Notes under the pieces: generated by a model
The model's database searches: none
What the model was told of the DNA's origin: nothing
The model's input: the letters and a program-made list of their open reading frames with translations, nothing else
Translations under genes and position numbers: made by a program
In this document: positions 36,401-46,508 of the stretch, piece after piece
How positions within the stretch are numbered: position 1 is the stretch's first letter
How the letters are laid out: every line of letters starts with the position of its first letter
DNA from: Phyllosticta citribraziliensis
Lineage: Eukaryota
NCBI RefSeq assembly: GCF_038025025.1
Contig: NW_027117353.1
Coordinates: 62,001 to 126,000 of the forward strand
Reading direction: 5' to 3'
Length of the DNA stretch: 64,000 nt

Positions 36401-38958
36401 AGCCCTCGTCATCAACAACGGTCCTGATCACAAGATACTATTATGCCTCCCTTGGAGCCGACATGCAGACGAGAACAATCACAATAGATCGATCCTACAG
36501 CATCACGCCAAGCATATTTGTTGTCGCGCCCACTGACTCCACGTTGCCGGGTACTCCCCTGACAACAATTACGGCACAATACGACGGAATCACTACCCAA
36601 AGCGTCTTCCTGTATGGCACAACGTCTTTCGGTATCATTCAAAGGGCCCTCCCATCAGCCTACAGCTTCGTCCCAAGAGCGCCTCAAGCGGCCCTCACCT
36701 CTCAGGATTATACATTGCTCATAGAAACGCCTCGACCAACATCAAGCGCACCAAGTTCCACGCCTACTGGGACAGCCTTTACTACTTTTGTCACTTCGTC
36801 GACATTGGTCATTACCAGCGCCTCTACGGACACGGATGCTGTGTACAACAGCTACTCAACTTCGATGACCACTTACTTGACTTCGACGCCTGTAAGCGGT
36901 TCTCAGACGAGTTCAAGCCAGCCTTCCTCTCCTTCAGCAACGACATCGGCAGGGCAGACGACTTCCGCGCCAAGTACTTCCTCTCCTAGCGTGACAACTA
37001 GGGGTTACTTCTTCCCCCCTGGATCTGGAGTGGCAGCCGCCATAAACACGATCACGGTCACCTATTCACGCAATTCGCCGCCAACGAAGACCTACGTCCT
37101 CACTCCTCTTACAGAGACGCCGGCCAGTTCTCCGTCTTCACTCTCTTACGCCAGATATACGATAACTGCAGAGTACAATGGTCCTACGTCCCAAACCATT
37201 GTGCTGGCTCCCGCGGGCGTCACGGCATTTGCCCAGATATACACGTATGTTGTCGAGGTTCCTTATTCCACAGCAAGTGGGTCCTCGGGAACAGACTTTA
37301 TCACATCTTCGCTTACAAGCCGGGCAACGACCAGTTCGACCGTGTCCCCGTCACTGTCCTCGAGCAGCACGAGCCCCTCGTCTGCCCCTCCAACGTCAAG
37401 TCCTAGCGCAAGTTCTAGTCCTTCGAGCAGCACGACGCCCTCATCTAGTACTCCAACGACAAGTTCTGGGACAAGCTCTAGCCCTTCGAGCAGCACGACC
37501 CCCTCGTCTGTCCCTCCCACGACAAGTTCCGGAGCAAGTTCCAGTTCCTCGAGTTCAGCGTCGGCAAGCTCGACGCCCACACCAAGTTCCTCGTCGACGA
37601 GCCTTCTCACGCGGTTCTTCAATCAGGGCTTCTTTGGCGCCTTGGCGGATGCGCACTCTGCCACGGCTCTTTCAAGATACGGGCTCACACCGAGCTCTTT
37701 CTTCCTTGTTCCTACATCAGTGCCAGTCAGGTCAACCGGTATCAGCGCAATCATCACGGCTGCTTATGACGGCATTGGCACCCGGAGCCTTCTGCTTCTC
37801 GACGAGAACCCGGCGGCTTCGACATACACGGTCCTCGTTGAAACACCATCGCAAACACCAGCGAGTACGACGGCTTCGGATGCAGTAAGTTCAAGCACTC
37901 CTAGCTCATCGCTAACACCGTCGAGCCCGAGCTCTGTGAGCTCCAGCTCGACGTCGTCTGTGGTGGTCTCGAGCAGTCCGTCCTCGGGTCTCATTTCAAC
38001 CTCCTTGAGCTCAATCCCGATATCGGTGGTTACTTCTGGCAGTCCCATCACGCTGTCGCCTCCTACTACGACTACTCCTTCAAGCAGCCCCAGTCCTTCG
38101 TCCAGCAGTCCAAGCTCGGTCTCTCCAGACACGAGTTCTCGCAGATGTACCTTCTGTTCGCCTGGATCCAGCTCGACCTCGGACAATACGAACTTGCGTA
38201 CGCATACTCACTTGCATACCGGGACGTATGCACATACGATAACGCACTCCCACTTCTCTCCAAGCTCGTCCTCAACGCCGTCGCCGGTGCCATCGACGCA
38301 GACGCCACCATCTCCTGACAGCAGCTCGCCGTCGTCATCGACCCCGGCCCCTCCCACGACGACAATCCTTTCGACCTTGTCCACCACCACGCGTATACGC
38401 ACCCGGACGCGGACCCGCACGCCGTCGAGCTCCAGCCCAACACCGACGCCCAGCTCCACCACGCCAACGCCGACGCCCTCGCCCTCGCCCTCGCCCTCGC
38501 CCGCGCGCCGCTGCACGCCCGAAAACAACGGCCAGCTCGTCTGCAAAGCAAACGACAAGACCGTATACGCGCTCTGCGACAACGGGCGCGTGCGCTGGAA
38601 GCCGGTCGCTCCAGGCACGCAGTGCGTCAACAACGCCATCGTGGCCGCGAGGGACGACAACGCCGAGGGCAACAAGGTCATCGGATCGGCCTCGACGCCC
38701 ACGCCCACACCCACGCCCTTTGCGAGCGGCCCGTCAACCAATGGGAATACCGTCGTGACGGAGCCGCAGTCCAGCGCGGCGCCCGTGCCGACGACGGGGG
38801 CGCAGAGCTCGTCCTGTGCGTCTGACGGCAAGCTGTATTGTAACGGCGAGGCGCTGTTTGGGCTCTGCAATTGGGGCACCGTTACGTGGCAGAGTGTTGC
38901 GCCGGGCACCAAGTGCGCTGATGGTGCCATCACGTATGGAGATAGCCAGGCGTATTAG
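33416..38958 (+). CDS. Large secreted modular protein (~1829 aa): AA11 LPMO-like domain, 7 repeated beta-rich modules with S/T linkers, and 2 X278/CBM19-like modules; intron 34355-34407
   Basis: Signal peptide MVAKTAFASLLLLATAAG; AA11-like motifs PVPY, DYPC, HSGGSCQFALS, FKVITSIEGNCP, GNYTLAWTWF and EMWMECAP. The intron GTAAGT...GCTGAT...CAG joins ORF 33275-34486 to ORF 34300-38958 in frame. The C-terminal modules follow the pattern C..G...C.....C..G...W..VAPGT.C. Confidence 0.8.
34744..35031 (+). repeat. Coding minisatellite, ~16 x 18 bp, encoding (PS[A/E]S[S/T]T)n
   Basis: Units of ccatc(a/g)g(c/a)(a/g)agc(tct/acc)act are seen directly. Confidence 0.92.
36106..36213 (+). repeat. Coding minisatellite, ~6 x 18 bp, encoding (SSTPSS)n
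   Basis: Units of tcaagtacccca(agc/tcc)tcg. Confidence 0.85.
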
Positions 38959-39450
38959 GAGGAAGCGCCAGGAATACACACCCCCCTCTTTCCCCCCTTG
39001 TTTCTGGATTTGATTCGCATTTGACATAGATTGATAGTCATGTCCTTCAATAAGAGTGAAGTGGCATTGGCGGGATTTCTTGTCGACTGAATGACTGTCG
39101 GTCGGCAAAGTCTCCGCGTCGTAGCGTAGTCGGCAAAAGCTAGTTTAATAGAACACATATTTTCTGTGTCTTGCTCCAAGCTTGAGTGTGAATGCGATGT
39201 TTATACAACGTGCCCTACGACAGATCAGACATACAATAATGACTGGCCATTCTACATATATGCTTACATACAGATTTAGCGTCGGACACAAATCCTCTTG
39301 ACACGCGGAAAGATCAGGACGTTGTTGCAACAGCCGTCGTATCGTGGCACATGAGTTTCGAGCTGGAATCGTTCTTGCGTCTTTTCCTCTTCTTTTCGGT
39401 CGTGTCACCCACCACCCGATCTACACAGAAAAGCATCTTTTGCAAGTTCT

Positions 39451-41060
39451 TCACCTCTCCAGCGCCTTCGGAGCAACCGCAAGGATAACGACCAGGCTCG
39501 TGACAATCAGGGCGGCGGCAATAAGGCTGACGATGACGACGCTGCCCCGGCTGGCAGGGAATTTGCCCCTAATGACGTAGTGCTGCGACTCAAAGTAGCG
39601 ATGGAAACCAATGAGCAGGATAACAATCGAGACGCCGATGAAGGTAGCGCCTAGAGGCTTGCCCACGTGGCGGAGGTGGACGTCTGAGGGGTTCGGTGGA
39701 GAAGAGAGCGATGTATTGAGCCGGAAGAGTTGGGTTACTGCGATGCCTATGCTGGCGAAGGAGAGAGAGGTGCGGAGCCAGGCGAGAAAGGTGCGCTCTG
39801 TTCGGTGAATGTTAGCTGTCTGAGCATGTGGAGGCTCGTAGATGAAGTGGACATACCCAATGCCAAATGGTCGCGAGCAACAGACCCCTTGTTGTCCAGC
39901 TCCACGCTTCCATATCGATCTGCGATCTTCTTCCACCATCCTTCTTCAACCGCATCAACGACAGCGCCATTGCCGCTACCATTGCCCACGCCACTGGCTC
40001 CGGAACCGTTGCCGTGTGCTCGTCCATTTCTGGACGTCGACGCGCCGCCAATGCCTTGTCTTCTGGAGCGCACCGTCGACGCGTAGCTGCTCAAGCTACT
40101 CTCTCTTGCCCTGCTGCTCCTGTGTCCAGCGTCTCTCCCCGTGGCCGTCTCATCCGTATCCCGCGACTCAGCATCAGTCTCCGTCTCCGTGTCTTCCTGT
40201 TCGACCTGGGGCTTGCTTGTGCCTTCGCCCGCGGTCGCCTGGTAAGATCTCACGCCACCATTGCGGTCCGCGCCCAGAATCCCCGTCGTCTCATCCGCAC
40301 TGCTGCTCACGTATCCGGTGTCGCGCTCCTGGCTCTTGGCCTCTCTTTGCTGTTCCTCGTGCAGTCGCCGCCGCCTCTCTGCTCCAGGTGTCTCCATTGG
40401 CTCGCTGAATGTGACGACGCTGCGGCGCCCGGGGCTGTCGCGCCCAGAGGCAAAGCTGCTGCTGCCAAGACTCAATCCTGCAGCCTCGCTGCTGCCGCCG
40501 CTGCCGTTGAGAAACGCGTCGAGAACGGTGTCTGAATTGGACGTCGAGAGAGCCGGCGCGCTTCGGTATTGCTGTGTGCGCGAGGAGGAATTGCTCGTGG
40601 TCGAGGTTGTAGTGTACAAAGCGTAGCGGTGAGAAGACGATGCGTGGGAATATGTGGTGCTGCTTTGGTTGAGTGCAGGAGAAGAACGGAACAGCGACGG
40701 AGACGCCTCTGACGCCAGATAGAACGATGACGGTATCACTGGTGCGGTGATGGTACTGGACAAAAAGTCAGAAAAAGAATTGAACGGAACCAAGGGCGGG
40801 GTCCAGGTGGATAAGAAAGCAAAGCGGGATGGCGGACACGATGGGCTGGGTAGAGCCAAGGCAAGATGGGTAGAGAAATGAGTAGCGCACCGTTGCACGT
40901 CGTCCAGACCAGGCCGCCTGGCAGTACTAGAGCTTGAACGGTCATGTCCAGCTCCCGCGTCTTCACAGTCGGCATTGTTCCTTGTCGACCACGACGACGT
41001 GGTGGTCTCCGCGGATGTGGTGGCTGCTGAGGCATTCCTGTCGCCGGTTGCGTGATCCAT
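39451..41060 (-). CDS. DUF202 (YidH/Vtc1-like) membrane protein with a long disordered N-terminus; intron 39798-39856; start uncertain
   Basis: The spliced motif [42 protein letters not shown] is followed by two more TM segments and [20 protein letters not shown]. Confidence 0.8.
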
Positions 41061-41870
41061 GTCTGCGGGCGGCACCAGGGAGCAGAACCACCACCCTGAT
41101 TACTGGGTATGGCCTGGTATTGCAACCAAAAGCTGCTGGACAGGCCGCGGAAACAAAAACGTCAATGCCGCACCAGCAGCGCGCGATATCGAAGCTAGCT
41201 AGCTTGGTCTCTTGCGACAACGGCCTTTGTTCCACGCCAGCAGATTCTGAAGTTCGTCCAGCAATCGAGACGAGTCGGAGTCTGGGTTTCGGCGGTTTAA
41301 CCTGGTAGGTAGCTTTAGGACTTTGGTACCGGCCATGGTGTGGTGGTCAGATGCTGGCTTGCCTATGACGAAGGGCATTTTAGTGCGGGGCAGCGGTATA
41401 TCGCCGCTGTACGTGTCGCTGTAGATCTTTCCAACGCGGACACAGCGAAAGTCCCATTGAGCTCGGCTTGTTGCGAGCATTTTTCACGACGATATCAGGG
41501 CTGTTGGCAAGGATGAGCAATTTCCTCGGGCAGATGTCATGTCAATACCGGCTCGAGTCAGTCCAAGCTGTCCAATGAGCACATTAATCAAGCTTTCAAT
41601 TGACCGCACGATACTCTGGTGGCCGCGTTTGATTGTCTCGTAATTCAATCTATCCGGCTGGATTCCACCGTCTAGAACTTTTTTTCGCTGGAAGTTTTGT
41701 CCTTCATCGCATGCAAATGTCCACCCTTTCATGGCTTTTGGACCAACGCCTTATCATGATATCTTAGCACCTCCATATTGCAAATCCGACCTTTTTCGAA
41801 ATGTCTCGTACTGCGTGGGACAGTCATCACGTCCTGCAAGTCACAAGGCCTTCGTGGACGCCGTCCCATC

Positions 41871-43518
41871 TTAGGACATCATTTCCGCAGTCGACTTGCC
41901 GGCACGCGAGCTCTTGATGACCTTTTGGATGGTTTCCTCGGTCCGGTCCCAGTCATCCGTATCGAGGGGCTGTAGCTCTGTGTGGTAGAACTGAGCAATC
42001 TCAGCCAGGTTCTGCCAACTCCTCTTGTCATGAATGAAGCTGATGGCCACGCCAACACGGCCGAATCTTCCCGTGCGACCAATGCGGTGCAGATACGTCT
42101 CCATGTCCGGCTCACCACTGGCCGTCTCGGGGATATCCTACGCTCAGTCAGTGGGAGTTGAACTTCACCAAGGGTTTGAGCCTACATAGTTGATGACCAT
42201 GGTGACAGATTGGACGTCGATGCCACGAGCGAGCACGTTGGTGGTGATGAGAACCTTGGCCTCGCCACTGCGGAATTTATCAATGATGATGTCACGATCA
42301 GGACCCTCCAGAGCACCGGAGAGTTGCGCGACTTTGTGGCCTTCGGCTGTCATGCGCCTCTCGAGTTGAGCAGCGGTATCGCGACGCTTCAACCTGTTAG
42401 CAGCGTCCCTGATTGGTTGAATATCGGACGGACCTTGACGAAAATGATGGAAGAAGCGATTGTCATCAAGCCGTAGAACTGCAACAAGACACGGAATTTG
42501 TCTTCCTCGCCTTGGCAATCCAGGTAAAACTGCTTGATGCCTTCTACGGTGAGCTCCTCGTGTCTGAGAGTAAGCTGGTTGGCTGACGGCGCAAAGCCCT
42601 TTGCGTAGCGAACAACTTCGTCGGGGAAGGTAGCAGAGAAGAGGACAATCTGAGTCTCCTTGGGCAAGAGCCTGCGACAAGTTAGCCTTCATGTTGCGTC
42701 GAGACGAAGCTCCTTACATCTTGACTCTCTTGCACTGCTCTCCCAAGCCTTGCTGATCGAGCATGTTGTCGGCCTCGTCCAAGACGAGCACCTTGATGCC
42801 TCTAGCATCCAAAAGCCTCTTCCTAATCATGTCCATAACAGTACCGGGTGTACCAACCACGACCTGGCCCTCGTACTTTTGTCCGCGGCGAGAGGGGTCA
42901 GGAATCGCAGCCGTGACCGCAAGTCCGCTCATGTACTTGCCCATCTCTTGAACGACTCCAATAATCTGTCGCGCAAGTTCTCTGCTCGGGGCGAGAACCA
43001 GGGCCTGAGGCTGCAGCGTTGAAAGGTCGATGCGCGAGAGAATGTTGAGCGTGAATGCAGCAGTCTTGCCGGTACCAGATTGGGACTGTCCGATCATGTT
43101 CGCAGGAGGATTGATGAGAAGCAGGGGCAGAGCCTTTTCTTGAATCTTGGAGGGTTTCTGGAACTTCATGCCGTAGAGGCCCTGAAGCAGCTCCGGCTTC
43201 CTGATCATTGCGCGTCAGTACGCGCGCTTGGCGCAGGAGATCCAATCGCACATACAAGTTGAGGTCCTCAAAAGACTTGGCCGAGAAGAGCGGATTGTTA
43301 GGGTCCGCCTGAAGATCGGCCAGCTTCACCTCGACATCATATTCGGGCTCTGCCAGGCCGCTGCCGCTGGCGGGAGCGCCATCGACTTGGGCGGCTTCGA
43401 CGCTGTCCTCCGCAGGCGTCTCCGCAGGCGCGTCCGCAGGGGGGTCCGCAGGAGCTTCGCTGGTGATTCGGCTCTCGAGGGAGGGAGCAGTGGTCTGGGG
43501 CTGCTCTTCGGACGACAT
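41871..43518 (-). CDS. DBP5: DEAD-box RNA helicase Dbp5 (mRNA export), four introns
   Basis: [73 protein letters not shown] and [13 protein letters not shown]. Confidence 0.95.
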
Positions 43519-43872
43519 GGTGGATGTGACGTCGCGACGACGAGTATTTGGAGGAGCGAGCGTTCCGAGCAAGCTTTCGTCTGGTGAGGACGGGTTGGTG
43601 GGCGCGTCGAGTGGGGTGAGCGCGCAGATTCAGCAGGCCGGCGCGTGAGGGTTCGGGTTGTGGAGTAGAGACAATGACGGCGTGCCGTGGGGTTGAAGGT
43701 GGATTGTCAAGTCGACGTAAACCGATGTTTGGCCGCGGTTGATGTCCCCCGCCATCACCGCCGCAGGGGCCGCGCGGTGTGTACGCCAACCCACCTGCAG
43801 CCCTGCCCGACTGCTCTCCATGCTCCCAATCGCATTCCTGCCACTGCGCTCCCCACCTTGAGGTTTGCAACC

Positions 43873-46508
43873 ATGGCCGAACTGGATATTGCTCCCAACT
43901 TCGGTGCCGAGCTGAAGGTACGCCGTCCTGCGCCTATCAGAGCGCCCCAGGGCTAACCGCTTGAGCAGGATGGCTTCAAGCCAGTGAACGCATGGGTACG
44001 TGCAGCTCACCCACCCCGCTCCCGCATCCCCGAAACGTAGAGCCACGGATCGCAGCGCGCGAGCGAAATGCCTCGACATGACTGACTCGACCCTCCTAGG
44101 TCGGGAACGGCATTGCCTGGCTCGATGATATACAACAGTTCTACCGCGAACGGAGCGCCATAGAGAAGGAATATGCAGGGCGACTCAACGGGCTAGCAAA
44201 GAAGTACTTTGAGAAGAAGGCCAAAAAGTCCAGCTTGATCAGTGTTGGAGAGAATCCCACTGTGACTCCGGGCTCGTTGGAATGGTACGTCTCCTCGGCT
44301 GGGGTCCGTGGGGTCCGGACTGACGCGCGAGACAGCGCCTCCATGACAACATGGCAGGTCCAACTTACCACTCTCGAGAATCGCGCCAACCAACACGAAC
44401 AATTCGCCGGCGAACTTCTCTCGAACCTGGCTGAACCCCTCAAGCAACTGGCCACCCGGTACGAAGAACTCCGCAAGTCCCACGTCGACTATGCCGGCAG
44501 ATTGGAAAAGGAGCGAGACTCTCAGTACAGCGACCTCAAAAAGATGAAGGGTAAATACGATGGCGCCTGTCAAGAAGTGGAGAGTCGGCGGAAAAAGTCG
44601 GACGCTGCCATGGACCACGGCAAGCAAAAGGCGCGAGCTGCGTTTGAGCAGACACAGGCAGAGATGCGGAATATCAAGGTACCGTCGACTTGCCATCTTT
44701 CCTACCAGCTTGCTAACACTTGCTCAGAGCATGTACTTAATGAACATAAACGTTACAAATAAACAGAAAGAAAGGTACTACCACGAGTATGTGCCGGAGC
44801 TTCTAAATGTAAGAATCCGGGGGAGGTTCTCCAAGCCGTTGGAAGCAGTGGCTTATCTTACACGATCAGAGTTTACAAGACCTTTCCGAGACTCGCGTCT
44901 CCAGACTGAACCAGATCTGGCTACACGCCGCGGAGATTGAGACGTCCACGCTGGCCCGAAGTACAGAATTCTTGAACCATTTGGCCTCCGAAATTCCACG
45001 GAATAATCCCGCCCTAGACTCGATGATGTTTGTCAGACACAACGCGACAGAGTGGCAAGATCCGCCCGACTTTGTTTTTGAACCAAGCCCCATCTGGCTT
45101 GATGACGACTCAATTCCAACCGACGATGGCACCAAGGTCTTTTTGCGGAACGTGTTGATGAAGAGCAAAGGGTCACTCCGGGAACTAGAACGTGAAATCG
45201 CCAAGAAGCTGGGCGAAGTTGAGAATGCGAGAAAAGTAAGGCATCTCATCCAAGAGGGCAAAGACAAGAGGGACGAGGTGGAATGCGTACGGGCCCTCTT
45301 TGCGATGCAAGAAGCGCTCCATGAGATTCAGAAGCAAAAGACGACTGCCGAAGTGGAGGTAACGACCATTACCACGGCTGTCGGCGACATCAGCATTGGC
45401 GCACGGAACCACAACTTCAAGTCCCAGACTTTTAAGATTCCTACAAACTGCGATCTCTGCGGCGAGCGGATATGGGGGCTGTCGGCGAAGGGATTCGACT
45501 GTCAAGACTGCGGCTACACGTGCCACAGCAAGTGTCAAATGAAGGTCCCCACGGATTGCCCGGGGGAGCAATCCAAGGAGGAGAAAAAGAGGCTTAAAGT
45601 TGTCCGTCAAGAATCTGCCCGTGCATCGTCAACCAATCTGCCTCAGTCAGACTCGCAGTCTGACATGCCAAAACTGGGCCGCAGCGACACGGTGAATTCG
45701 ATGAATACACTTAGCTCTGGCTACTCTGCCTCAGCACACCGGTCAGTGTCGGCAACTTCGGTCGAAGCGGAAGAGAAGCCCGAGAGGAGTAGCACGATCA
45801 AGGGGGCACTGGGCGGCATTCGGAAGCATAGGATAATGGCACCGCCGCCAGCACAGTACATCAAGCCAGCAGAGGACGGAGGTGCAAATGGAGACGGCGC
45901 AGCAAAGCCTGGCGAGCCAAGAGGACGTATGCTCTACCATTACCAAGCACTGGGCGAGGGCGAGATATCTGTCGACGAAGGCAAGGAGGTTGTCATTATC
46001 GAGCCAGATGGTAAGTCACCAACGCTGATGCATTGATTGTCCATTACTGACCCAAGAAGATGGCTCTGGCTGGATGACTGTCCGCGCCGGCACGCAATCC
46101 GGCCTCGTCCCTGCGAGCTACGTCGAAACTCTACCTACACCAGCTCCGGCACTGCAAGCAACCCCAACACCGCTCGCAGCAGCGTTACCCATATCACCCG
46201 CGCGTCCTTCATCCGCCTACTCTAACAGCACGGCTTCGATCCACTCGTCCACGGCGGCCGCAAACAACCCGACCATGTCGCCGGCAGGCAAGAAAAAGGG
46301 GCCAGCAGTAGCGCCCAAGCGCGGGGCGAAGAAACTCAAGTATGCCGAAGCGCTGTACGACTACGAGGCCCGTAGCGAGGCCGAACACAGCATATTTGAG
46401 GGCGAACGGTTCGTGCTGATCAACGGCGACGTTGGTGAGGGGTGGGCAGATGTCGAGAAGGGCGGCATTGTTAGGAGCGTGCCGGCAAATTACATCAAAG
46501 AGGTATAA
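43873..46508 (+). CDS. BZZ1: Bzz1: F-BAR, C1 zinc finger and two SH3 domains; about six introns
   Basis: MAELDIAPNFGAELK; FYRERSAIEKEYAGRL (FCH); HNFKSQTFKIPTNCDLCGERIWGLSAKGFDCQDCGYTCHSKC (C1); SH3 motifs GLVPASYV and ALYDYEA...VPANYI. Confidence 0.92.
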
